From the NCBI GenBank assembly GCA_047967505.1, contig CM106538.1: 64,000 nucleotides of DNA; one strand, 5' to 3'. A program made the translations under genes and the position numbers. The notes below the pieces were generated by a model that saw only the letters and a program-made list of their open reading frames with translations, made no database searches and was not told the DNA's origin. This document shows positions 11,966 through 25,195 of the stretch, piece by piece. How positions within the stretch are numbered: the stretch's first letter is position 1; each line of letters begins with the position of its first letter. This stretch comes from Dipteris shenzhenensis (Eukaryota).

Positions 11966-14900
11966 TGCTATATTTCATTGGCAATGAAACTCCTACATTA
12001 TTACATCATTGCCATTTGTTGTAGTACATGTAACATTACGACCATATTTTATTGTACCCCTCCCAAAAGTCAAACATATATGGAAAGACCTCATAAACAG
12101 TAAAATTTGCAATGACTTATGAATTGTCAAATCATATGCAAAAATGAAAGAGGAGCTTTAAAAAAAGAAATGTATCCCCTTCAACAATGGCATCTCTAAA
12201 GTGGCCTCTTTATAAAGTATCAAATTGAATCTAAATAAAATAATCTTGTCTCCATTACACTTCCAATTGATGATTATAAGTATAACAAAAGCTTTTAAAA
12301 GTAAATTAAATATAAAGCTATAAAGATATATATTTGTGTTGAGATGTGGTTCATTTGTATAATGTGAGGCAATTGTTTTGATGTGAAGTGTAATTTTGCT
12401 TCTCCCTTACAGCTTAAGGTGTACTTATAAATATATCATGATATTTATGATTTATATGCGACATAGCATATCTCTTCTCAAATGGGACTTTTTCTCCATA
12501 TTTTAAATACCCAAGGGAACCACTGAGGAACATGTATGGTAGCACATGCAATCATCAAAGGGAATTTTTTAATAGACCTGCATGTAGCATGACCTCACGC
12601 AGCATGACCATTGATGCAGCCGAGTCCTTAAAGCTTATGTGGCCACCTCCATTGACTTATGCTCTTTCCAATGACGCAAAAGGTTTCCTATAGCAAAGGG
12701 GACTTGGATGCTTATTCAAGTGCCAACAACCTCTGAAGAAAACTCCTACCATGACCGCATACATCTAGGAATTTCTCCACTCTTATCACTCCAGGGATGC
12801 ACAAGCTGGCAAATATGGCACCCATCATTGCAAGTCAGAGTCCACTCAATATTATACTCGATACTACAGTGATCCAAAGGGCCTTCTCACTCCCAACTAA
12901 AGGGGGAAAATACCCTTCAAGGTCTACCGATGCCAAATTTCAAGAAATTCAACCTCTCCTTACCAAGGGTACCCAGATCCATAGGGATGGAACACTTCTT
13001 TGCATAATCATCGACCCTAGACTCAAGGAAGTAGCTATGTCTCTCTCCACAATCTTGGGTGTCAAGAGTGGAAAGAATCCATCCCTTCCACTCCGCACAT
13101 TTGTTTTGCTTAGTAGGCAACTGAAACAAGACTGGATCTAGCATTTGGTCATCTTCTTCACGAAGAAACTTGATGGTCCATCTGGCCAAGAATGTAAAGT
13201 TTCCCACTTATTAGCAGTAATGATCAGTAAAGAGGTGCAAAAAAAGGGAAAGACTCTACCCCTGTCGCCACAACCTGTTGAGGATCTAGACAACCTCTTG
13301 TCACCCCTATGGGAGCCATTCCAATCTTCTCCTCGTGCCACATTGCCTAATGAGGATTCCCTATAACAACAACTACCGTCAAAAATGGGGAATTGCCAAA
13401 GGAGATTCTACAGCTTGGTGCATAGTTGCACCCAACTAATATCCATCAACCACCACAAGAGCCAGAGGCTACATTGGTACAAGCCCCACCCATCAACACA
13501 ATGCTAGTAAATGAGCCACAAGGGAATCTAGTGCAAGATCAACAACATGACTATTGCACCCAAGTGTCAGATCTACCAATGGAGCAACCCCTTGCCAATA
13601 CTGCAAGGTCATCAGGGTGGATGCATGGGCACCTATTGTATCAACAATTTTGCCAAACCTCATCACCCTGTGCCCTCCTCCATCATCAAGCCAACCAGAT
13701 GCTCCAGAACTATTCACTAGCTTGGCTAAAGAGGAGCATGCCCAAGAATTGGAACGACAAATGGTAGCAAGCATCCAAGACTAATTCCATGGAATCCCAG
13801 CAGAGGTCATGGCACTTTGGGCCCAAATATCTGAGAAAGAGGTTGAAAAAGAGCGAATTAACCAAGCTCTCCAAGTTCAGGAGAGAACAGTGTGGGATAT
13901 GACTTCCAACCTCCAGCAAAGCCAAATATAGCTGACAATAGCACTTCATGCTATGGCAATCCTATAGACATCCTATGACCACTTCACCTCAGTACATTCT
14001 TATCACAGTGGAGGAACTTGTATAAGATCACCTCACTCTCGTCCAAAAAGAAGAAGCACTCTAGGATTGCCATGAAAAGTTTGTATAGATGCAACAATTT
14101 TTTGTGACACACACTTTCCGCATTGAGGAATGCCAACTACTAAAATACCAACTTGCCACTAGTACAGAGGAAATCATTGCTCAAGCTCAAGTCTTGGACC
14201 AATGGTCAAATACCAATGAAGCCATTCCTCAACAAGAACACATCACCTTGCTTATGAAAAATATTAAGGGTGCATATACATCCATATACCATAGAATAAG
14301 GAAAAGTCTTATGAGCTGCACTCCCACAACGTAACCATCTCAAAGCTTGAAATCCAATTGCTAGTGCAAACCAATGAGGTAATGGATGACACAACAAATG
14401 AATTTCCATGCACGACCGTGTCGTACCAAGAGTTCATGGCTGCTCTACAAACAGAAGATCATCTCAGAGCACTTGCACTCATCCAATGGAAATAGCTCCA
14501 ACTCAAGATTCTATCTGCTCATCCAAACATAAAATGGGAACGTTTCATAGGGGCAAAAACTATGTGCAAATTTTGTCAAGACTTGTCGGAAAATATCTCC
14601 ACACATGCCGGGTTTACTACACTCAAGACGGATGCTTTCATAGCATATGTATGATAGTCCTCCCCTCAAGATCATTAGTGGTCTATTGTTGCAGCTGCTA
14701 CAAAATCCGTCACTCTTATCTACAGGGCATGGTATGTCCAACATCCCACCCTTGCAGCAGCTGATGATCCCATCTCAAAAAGAAAAAGAAGTGTTGGAGG
14801 ATGACATGGCCTATCTCACATCGAACTTGCCATATCTAACCACTCTCTATGCCAATCCCATAACCTCACTTCCCCTTGCTACTACAACTCTCTTAACCTT

Positions 14901-16554
14901 TCCCGAACGCCGGCCAAAACTCTACTCTCTTCACTACCTCTTTGCTCATGCCTCGCACCACTTCTAACTCATTCAACAATCATAAACTTACTAGCCCCTC
15001 GCTCCTAGCTTATTCTCTACCATTGCTAATCCTAAATGCATTTGCCCAGTTCATCCCCCCCTCCTCTATATACCCCTCTCACAAATAACAGTCTTCCATA
15101 TTATTCTCCCATGTCCCTAGATTCTCTCCATGCACCACCATCACCTCCGACACCGCTTGAGATCCCATCAATAGCACTAGACCTGATTTTTGATTTTGAA
15201 TATCAAGATCTAGATAATCTTAATTGTACTCCAATGCTATATTCCAATGATGGGTATGATTATGATGTAATACCACTTCCAAGTAGCCCCATCAAAGATT
15301 TCTGGAACAAAAATGGATATGAAAACACGAGGCAGATGGACCCCGAACAACTTCCTAGTCAACATCCACCAACATTAGGTTATTGAAGCTTGGATCCCCA
15401 CCTTGAATGGTGCTGCCCAAGGCTCTTTGATGTGACATTCTTGAATGTATACCTTCGTGCACCTCCATACCTTAGAAACCATCCCACGTTCTATACAATT
15501 CCATGATGGCACAGATTGGAGGCCAACATACACAATTTGGGTGAGGATTGCATCATTCATTGGCCAGTGATAAAGAGTAGAATGGAACATCCAAGGAACA
15601 CTGATCCAAGCACTTCAAAAGAATGATGCAACAATGCGAGGCAACATTGACCACATCCTATGACAAAGTGTGATCTTTTGCAATAACCTTTGAATACATT
15701 CTTGAGGTCCCCAGCCACATCAATCACCATTTTCCTACCCTCAATTGCAATCCAAATGGCCGGATTGATGCTCAAACTACAAGCAAACCCTATCAAAGAG
15801 CCATCTTCTTATAGAGGCATGCCACATTTCTCTTTTTGAACAGATGGTGGATACAGGCTTCCTAGAAATAGATAGAAATTGTATGGTGCAAAGGCATTAC
15901 AACCTAATTGACTGGCACGCCACAAGTTTCATAGCCACTGGGTTACATGCATGGCATCCCAACTCTGTGATCACAATAGGCCATAACCCAAGGACGGGTA
16001 ATAAAATGGATCCGTGGGTATGTTACGCCTAGGTCAAGATGGACTCAAGTAGCACGTAATGTTTGTGTTGAGTAGTGGCAAAGTTATGCATGTACTTAGA
16101 TAAGGCTAGGAATAATCTCTCTTAGGAATCCTACATGCAAGTTCTACATGAAATTTCTACATGTAGAGAGAGAAAGTCCTACAATTCCTATATGTAGAGA
16201 GAGAAGTTTTATAAATGGCTCATGATGGAATGAAGCCTACACTCTTTGGGGGCATTGTGTTGAGTTCTATTTTGGTGTTTTATGCAATTGTCTCCAAGTG
16301 TCCATGCTCGCTTGCACTCTCATGTCCAAAATCATGTCCTACCCTTGTCTCCCACTCCCCCCTCCTCCAACCTTGAAATGCCTCATCCGCCTCTCCTCCT
16401 TCCTTCTCCTCTCTCCCTCCCAACACCTTTGCTCTTATACCTACTTTCTCTCCCATTCATATGTTTCCCCTAAACCCTTACCCTCTTAGATTAATTCCTC
16501 AACCCTTGACCTCCAAGATTTGTGAGGGAGATGAGTTCTCCACCATGTACTCTA

Positions 16555-16780
16555 TTCTAAACCCTGGATCCCCCTTCTAAGCTAGATACCCCTTCTAACC
16601 TTGAACCTCCTTCAGAACCTTGGAACCTCCTTTTCTAAACCCTGGAACCTCCTTTTGAACCTTGGTACCTCCTTTTGAACCCTGAAACCCTCTGATGAAC
16701 CTTGGAATCTCCTTTTGAACCCTAAAAACCCCTCTAACCTTGATCCCCCTTCTAAACTTGAACCTCCTTCTAAACACCAA
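16555..16780. repeat. Degenerate ~20-21-bp minisatellite
   Basis: Repeated ttctaaaccctggaacctcct-like units. Confidence 0.75.
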
Positions 16781-17199
16781 AACCCCCAATGGAGGTAAAA
16801 TCCTTCATTCCCCCAACCATGTTGACGAATGTTCCTTTCTCACAAGCATGCACAACATCTTCTTCCCACACTTGAGCATATGTCTCTCACTGGAATTTGA
16901 CCCGAGGTCCTAAGCTACATGTATATTACAAAAAGACAACACCAATATATTTGTAGGTGATAAAAAGCCTCAAAACCTTGCACACCTTGCACACCCTACA
17001 CATCCTGTGAATGTCGTGGGATAGTGGCAACACATATCATATCATGGGCTTGAGTATAGTGCAAGTGCATATATGAAGATACATATGCCATCGAGATGCT
17101 AGGGCTATGAATCCATCAAATAAAAAATTAATCCATGCTTTATCATACAAAATGAATATATAGAATTCTGCATGAATAATGAAGTTTATACTCTAGGCA

Positions 17200-18230
17200 T
17201 ATGGATATAAATATCTGCAAGAAGCAAGAGTGCTAGCTTTTACATGTCTTGTGTACAAGAAGGTTGGAAGTGCTGCCTATTCTCACAATGGCAAGCTATG
17301 GATAGAGCTAGCAATGGGACAATGATGGAGGAGGTGGTGAGAAAGAAGAAGGCAGCTGGGAGAAGGAGCGTATGAAACTAATGAAGACACACACATACTC
17401 CATGGTAAAGAGGAGGCCACCAGAAGGGATTGAGTTAGAGAAAGAGGTCATTGAAGCTAAAGAGGCAGATCTGATAGGAAGAGAGGATTTGAGAGAGGTA
17501 ATTGTGGAAGGGCAGGGACTGATCATGATGACTATTGCAATTGTGTTGCAAGTGGAGCAGTGCTGCATGGAGCAGCAAATTAAAAATTTTTATGAAATCT
17601 TTTTGCAAACATGCCAACAAGCTTGTTCTACTTTTTTTTTCCTAACTGATCCCTCATCATTGTCTTTTTCTAAATCTCTATTGTGAATTTGTGTTGATTC
17701 TATAAGTAGAGTTACAAAATTTTCTCCAATGGAATGAATGGATAACATCCAATGCAAACAATTTTGAACGGGCTAATGCCTGTTGGGCATTCTTTTGTTA
17801 AAAACCAATGCTTGCTAGGGTAAAGGGGTTAGTAAAGAGGCGGGTGCCTTTAAAATGTCAGTAGTCCCCCTATAGGGAGGTAGGTGCCACCTAGTACTCC
17901 TCATTGAAAAAGATGATGTGTCAAGCTTATCTTTTACCATTTTTAATGCCTTAGTACTTGACCTAAGCATTGGCTCTCATAGTTTTCTACGTTCCACAAA
18001 TTATTCTAAAAGTTTAAAAATAAAGATTAGCTCCCTATTACTACATAATGACTTTGATAGCTCTGAATTTGAATACTAACTCACAAAGGAATTTCCTCCA
18101 TGGATTATTGCTAAAAGTTAATCTCCATTAGTACCCGCACCCTAACCCTAGCGGTTGCTATGAGAATATGTGGCTATCTTCATGGGATCGTTGATGGTTC
18201 ACTTTCCACTCTCAACCTCCACCTTTGTTT
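17200..18230 (+). repeat. Dispersed repeat family member (degenerate DNA-transposon derivative)
   Basis: Reverse-complement homologues at ~25080-25195 plus 27077-27760 and at ~22060-22450. All share EV.EA.LIG.EDLRE-like coding remnants. Confidence 0.7.
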
Positions 18231-18652
18231 TTGATAAAATATTGATTGAGGTCTCATCTCTCAAGAGTAAGAAATAATTATTTCCATAGAATGAAAGATT
18301 CAAACTCAACATAGAGTGCTACTACTATTGCTACAGAGAAAATCGATGCTTGCACAGTTGTAGGAATTATGGCCATCTCTCGAAATAGCAACCTTGTTGA
18401 ATTTGTCTTTAAAGCAAGACAAAGTGTCGTTTCTTCCAAAAGGAAGTAGCCTAATTTCTTGAATTTGTACATCCAAACAAACATCTAGTGAGGCCAGAGC
18501 TGGATCCATGGTGAGTCAGATCAGTAGGAGTAGATAAGCCCTCCTGCTCTCATGATGTAGTATACAGAGGAAGGAGAAATGGACAGCTTGAAAGAGAGTT
18601 TTGGACAATTATTGAAAGAATGTGAGTTGTATGCAAATGATAGAGAGGTTTT

Positions 18653-20170
18653 TGTGGAAACTACTAAGAATACAAGATAAAATAGACAAAGTGGTTACTA
18701 AGGCAAAGCAGCGAGTGATTTAAGTAGAGTAGAGGGAGAGGACCACTATATTGTCCAAGTAGAAAGGGAATGTATGCTCCAACTTCATTCTTTTTTTGGT
18801 TACATAGCTTAGTCATGAACATGAGCCAAGTTCTTGCATGAAAGCTTGCCTTATGAGGATACAACGGAAGCTAAGAAGGAGAGGGAGCCCGAGAGACACA
18901 AGTTTGGTGGGTGCTTCAACACCCTAATCTTCAATATATCCATATATATAGTTTGAGTATACATAACCAGGGTTAGGCATAGGGGCCTTACCCCACAACC
19001 TCCCACTTAAACACCAATGTGTCTTTAAACGAGAATAACCAATGAGTATACTATCCAATGCCCATCAATACATGATAATACTCAAACCGTTGAGTAGGTA
19101 GACTCTTTGTCTCAGCATATTTGCAGGGTTATCATCTGTATGAACCTTAACAAGCTCTATGCGCTTGTCCTCAAGTGTCTCCCTAATAAAATGGTACATG
19201 ATCTCAATGTATTTGTTCTTTGCATGAAAGACTAGATTCTGTGCTAGTTGAATAGCACTCATGGAATCACTATGCAATGTCGATACACCTATATGAATCC
19301 CCAAATCTCCCATTAGCCGATCAAGCCATAAAACCTCCTTGCAACCCTCTATGGCTGCAACATACTCAACGTCTGTGGTAGACAAAGCAACGCACTTCTG
19401 TGCACGAGACATCTAGGACACTGCACCACCTACAAAAATGAACACATAACCACAAGTGCATCTCTTGCTATCCACATGCCCTGCATAATCTGAATCTATA
19501 TACCCAGGTACTCGCATCTCTCCTTTGCCAAAGCAGATGCACATATCCTTGGTACCCTTCATGTACCTCATGATGCACTTAATTGCCTCCCAATGCCTCT
19601 GATGCACTTAATTGCCTCCCAATGCCTCTTTCTTGGATTAGCCATATACCGACTAACAACTCCCATGACAAATGCAATGTTTGGTCTAGTAGCTATCATA
19701 GCATACATAAGACTCCCAATCACTAATGGATAAGGAAACTTGGACATCATACTCCTCTACTCATCTGATTTGGGACAATCTGTTGACTCAGTATCACATA
19801 TGGAGGCAATGGAGTACTTATAGCCTTCCCCCCCTCCATATTGAAACGTTGCACTTTTGTAACATTTTCCTTCTGTGAAAGCCAAAGGAGTTTCCTACTC
19901 TGGTCACGCATGATGCACATACTAAGAATATGACCTGCAGGTCCCAAATCCTTCATGTCAAAGGCCTCATGCAACTTGGCCTTCAATGCATCTAGCTCAT
20001 AAGTGTTCTTGCTAGCCAATAGCATATCATCCACATAAAATGCCAGGAGTAGAGGCTATTATCCTTAGCCCTTTTAGTGTAGAGGTAGTGATCAATCTCA
20101 CTTCTTTTGAAACCCTGGGATCTAATGAAGCATTAAACTTCTGATACCATTCTTGCTTAAGAGGCCATAG
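18653..20170 (-). mobile_element. 3' half of a Copia element: RT/RNase H pseudogene, PPT and 3' LTR (18653-18997)
   Basis: YVDDML, FDMKDLG, YIDSDYAG and VALSTT..EY motifs. Purine tract precedes an LTR with TGTGG...CCACA termini. A 29-bp tandem duplication lies at ~19571-19628. Confidence 0.85.
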
Positions 20171-21593
20171 AAGATTGTATTAGGAAAAGTGGGAAAATCC
20201 CATGAAATTGGAACTCTCCAAATTGGTTTTGAAGGGAAATTTTGTAGTTAATGGAGCGTGCTTAAATTTCAGTAGTTTCGCCTCTTTTATGTTAGTGGCT
20301 TGTTGCATGTTTTCTCATGATCTGTGGAATATTTACTATTGAATTGGACCGAAGGCTTTCCTATCCAATATATGACCTAAGGTTGATTTGGTTTGCATGC
20401 TACTCTTTGATGTATATCCTTTTGTGATTAGTTTCCACATTGTTTATGATGTGCCATATGTTCAATGAGTGTATTATGATAGGTAGTTCCATTACAAAAC
20501 ATTGCACATGCATGTGATTGTTGCCATGTGATGACTACAATGAGTCCTAGCTTTTCAAAGCTCTAAGCAACTTTGTTTTTAACAGAAGTGCCTACAAAGT
20601 TGTTATATATTGCTTTTGTTAATCAAGATTAGTTAAGTTAGTTATTATTAATTAAGATAATTAGTAATGTTTTTAGATTAAATACAAATTTTAACTCAAA
20701 AATCACTTTATAAAACAAGATTGAGTTTGAATCAACAATGACACTAAATTGAAAAATTGCTTCATAAAATAAGACCAATTAGAAAGAAGTAGATTGCAAA
20801 GGATGAGTATAATTAACATTCATGAAAGAAGATAGATTACATCCATGAAAGAAGTTCATCCAATCTTGTAGATATTGGTCCTTTGTTCAAATGGACTTTA
20901 TCTTTCTCTAATCATCTAAGAAATCATCAACACACAAAATGTCCTTCCCACTATTGTTTTCAGGCACTTGAAGATTCTCTTGTGCTTTCAAAGTTATAGT
21001 ATGTGGTATTCTGACCTTCTTTTATTTGGAACTTTTGTTGTGCTCCAACTTCATACTATCGAATCCATATGCTCCCAACAATCCTCATCCCCAATATATT
21101 TCCACTCTTTGTTCTAGCAATTAGCATATCGTACTGCATCACTACATCTTCCTCTATATAGATAGGACTCCAATACTGCACAAATATCTTCATGTAATTA
21201 GTGGATGCCTTTTCAGTGTCCACCTTTGACAATGCAACACCTAGCCAAATGGGGTATATATTTTCACTAGGCCTGACCAAAATGAAATCAGTGGAACTGA
21301 AAGAAGAGTCAAAACGTAGTTAGATGATGACTCAAAGCCACAAGAGCCAGAATGTAGTCAAACAAAAAACCAATGCAGAGATAAGATAGAAGGCAATGAC
21401 AAAATGGAAGGCACCATTAAAGTAGCACTAAATCATTATAGCTTGGGATAAATTTAGAGAGTTAAATGTGATGATTTCAATAGGCCAACTAGTGGAAATC
21501 ACTCCTCCTTACACCAAGTGCTTTTGAAATTGCCTAGCAAGCAAGCGCAAGGTTGAGATAAATTGCCTACTTTGGTGTTTATCATTCCAAGTT

Positions 21594-21962
21594 TTGTATT
21601 TTGAATCTCTCTCTCATGTCTTCCTTTTGCTAAGCGAATGTCATTTATCACAAGAAGTGGGCATAGGAGAGATACGTAGCCAATGGATAAAGCAGGCCCC
21701 TATGGATATTTTATTGATGTGGAAGCACAGGGTTAAAATGGTTTGGAAGGCAACCCCATCCTATAAGCTTAACTTAATGCTTTGGAGAGTGATTTTTTGC
21801 AAATTGATGGTTAGAGACGGGCTCACAAAATGGAATCCTAAAATGTCTCTATTATGCCCTTTATGCAAGCTAAGAAAGGAATCCCATATGCACCTTCTTT
21901 GGGAGTGTGGCAAACCACGAGGTCTAGTGGAGGATAAGCAAGTGGTTTCATCGTCTCTCTGA
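21594..21962 (+). mobile_element. LINE ORF2 C-terminal zinc-finger (zf-RVT) remnant
   Basis: W....W.....K....LWR....KL......CPLCK...ESHMHLLWEC motif. Confidence 0.75.
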
Positions 21963-23472
21963 TTTCATTCAACCTTCATGGAGACATTCTCTTCTCTTCT
22001 CTATCTCTTCTCTTCTCTATATTTCTTATAGAGAAAGTGTCACATGGCACACAAAGGAGAGCGAGGTTCTAAGCAATAGAGAGCTCCATGTGGCAAGAGG
22101 AATGTTTTGGAGCTTGGGTGGCATTTTGAATTTCAATTTGTTGCTCCATGCAACACTACTTGCAGCAGTTATCATGAGCAACCATCGCCCTTCCACCTCT
22201 CTCAAATCCTCTCCTCCTATTAGACTCACCTCCTCAACTTCAATGACCTCTTTCTCTAACTCACTTACTTGTTGTGGTCTTCCTCTTTACCATGGATTAC
22301 ATGTGGTTCTTCATTAGTTTCATACACTCCTCCTAGCTACCTTCTTCTTTGTCACCACCTCCTCCATCACCGTCCTGCTGCTAGTTTTGTCCTAGCCATT
22401 CACCTCCAAGCTTCTTTTGCATAAGACACAAAAGAGCTAGTGCTCTTGCTTCTTTGGGCCTTTCCTGATCTCATCTTCTATGATAAGTATTCCATCTCTT
22501 CCATTAATCGCTTTGAAGAACTGCCATTACAAAAGATTCTCAGCCTCTCCAAATATAGCATCTTAGGCACCATGTATGGTAGTTTCATTGCCTTCCACCT
22601 TCCAACATTGTTGAAAAGGTGTGTTGGTGGCAATCTTCAACCAATAGGTATTGGAGCATGCCTACATGCCTAGCCTAGTCAGACTGTTTCTAGCATGCAA
22701 CTAAGCTGAGTCATGGTCAATACTTAGGTGTTGATAGAGAGGAAGAGATATGTAGAAGAGAATAGGCAGATCTATGCATTTACTCTTCTAGATGTATGTA
22801 ACACTGTCATCCATAGGTGCATTTCAAGTTTTGCTACCAAACAAAATGGCAATCGACTGTGCTTTCTACTACTTCAAGCAAAGAAAGGGAAGGAAAATTG
22901 TTCGTTCCTTGTGGATCCAATGGATAGTCCTACCAACATCAGCACCAACAATGACGGGACTACATCAAAGGTTGGCCAAGCATGTCACGAGTGGTATAGA
23001 AGGAAGATCACATGATTGGTGAGGAGGATGAGGATGAATCGCAATTAGAAAGGCATATGCAATGAATAGATAGAACTCCATATAGCTATGCGGTAAACTA
23101 AAAGAACAAAACTTCCAATCTACCTATAGATAAAGAGGTTAGGTAGGATTTTTGTGGTATAGGGAATGCTCCCTTCCATTTCTTATGCTGAAGCATGATG
23201 GAGAGCTAACGGGGATAAAAGATTAGAAAATGGGAGCAAGGAGGTACAATGGCAGGTAGCAAGTGCTTCAAAACGCTACCGACAACTCTTTTAAACTCAC
23301 AGATTTTGGTTTGGTGGCTGATATTTCAGAGGAACCTAGAAAGAGGTAGGAAAGTGGAAATATATGGCTCCTGAGGCATGTGATAATAGGCAACAATAGA
23401 CACAGAGTTTTGTAGCATGGTGGTGAGGCCTTTAGACATTTTCAAGTTTAGCAAAAACTTAGGAAACCTTCA

Positions 23473-23625
23473 GAGTAAAAGTGAAAATGCTGAAGCCGAT
23501 ACAACTGGGTCTAACCTTCATGGGGAGCTTCCTTGATGTAGCATGGAGAGTAAAAGTGAAAATGTTGGTGCTGATACAACTGGGTCTAACCTTCATGGGG
23601 AGCTTCCTTGATGCATCACGGAGTC
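23473..23625. repeat. Tandem duplication, ~75-bp unit x2
   Basis: gagtaaaagtgaaaatg...gatacaactgggtctaaccttcatggggagcttccttgatg occurs twice. Confidence 0.85.
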
Positions 23626-25195
23626 ATGCTACGTCTAGCACTTCAATTTCAAGAATTTAGTCCATGCACAAAATCCCATCGAGCTGTTGAGGCAGAGTGG
23701 AATGGATTTTTGAAAGACTAATTAGGAGAGGCATATTGATGCATAGACCTTTGGGGAGCTTCTCATGTCTTTTGCATTGTACCTAGCAAGAATGTCCACT
23801 AGGTCACTCACCATAGTGGCTACATTTTTTTTGGTTGCTTGTTGCTGAAGATCCTTACTTGCCAGGATTTGCCGACTTTGGAGCCTCAGCACTTAATGAT
23901 GATGAGCATATTTACATTTTAGGCGATATATGGAGCCTGGCTGTATGTCTAAATACTTTGTTTGAGCGAAAGTTTTCCATGCAACGATAGTTGTAAGGAA
24001 CATCTTAAGAAAGTAATCACAATAGGAGCAATATACTTGCAAAATTTGATCCCTGGGTAAATATTTCCAAGAATACAAAGGATTTGATCACTATGATGTT
24101 GGCCTCCTACCAACCCAAGATATATTGAAAGATTCATGGTTGGGGCAAAGCTCTTCGTCATGATTTCTACAACCCAACACCATATTGTCATCCACCATCA
24201 AACCATGTATGTTCATTTGTAAGAGGATGGAAACATTGAGCATCCGAGTCACAGTTAAGGAGAAAGTGCAAGCTCCTTATGGATGCAAGTGCATTGGCAA
24301 TTTCACAATTTGTGTAGCTAAACTCCTGACCCAAAATATGCTACAAGCAATAGGGAAGATCACGTAGAGCTACTTTACAAAAGCTGGTGGTAACATATGG
24401 ACAACTATCGAGGAAGCGATAATTCATGTAGCAACAATTGATTATCCCAAAGATTTCAATGTAAAACAAAGCGTGATTGCAAAGATGCCTTTTGCAAGAA
24501 GGTTGGTGTAGTTGCACTCTAGTGGTGACCACATCACTAGGCTGAGCAGATCGGTTGTGACTAATGTCACAAACCCATGGAAGAAAATGTGAGCATGATG
24601 ATGCATCCAAGCCATTCTCCATCACGGTATGCTTGCCTTGCTACTTTTTGTGGGTTCCCCATTGCTCAGTTTCATGTTGTCAATTAAATTAGCTTGAGGG
24701 ACTATGCATCAGTCCAATAGCATTCAGGATGAAATTAGGCATGGAGGGGAGCAAAGTGGAGCACACCCCATAGTCCAATCATAAACTCCTTGATTCCTAC
24801 CTTGAAAGAACCTGATCCTAATATTGCCAGCATCATTCCCAAAATACGAAAGTATTGTAGATGCAGACCATGGTCACATGCCCTCATGTTTGGCCACCTT
24901 TTGTATAGGGATTTCTCCCCCCCCCCCTGCCCCCCCCTTTTCTATAATATTAAAAGCAAGCTATCTATTTATTCATTTTTTTTAAAGTGTTGTAGATGAT
25001 GGGATGTACATGGCAATCAACATTTACCAGCATTATTCCCACCATCTTGTAGATGATGGATTATGCTTGAATTTATCGACAAACATGGAGGTTGAGAGTG
25101 GAAAGTGAACCATGGACTATCCCATGAGGATAGCCATATATTCTCATAGCAACCACTAGGGTAAGGTTGCAGGTACTAACAAGGGTTAAACTTTT

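Noticed and set aside
20870-21300. FILVRP...YPIWLG peptide as a host gene exon
   Set aside because: Frameshifted, with no convincing splice sites; probably a DNA-transposon remnant that I could not classify.
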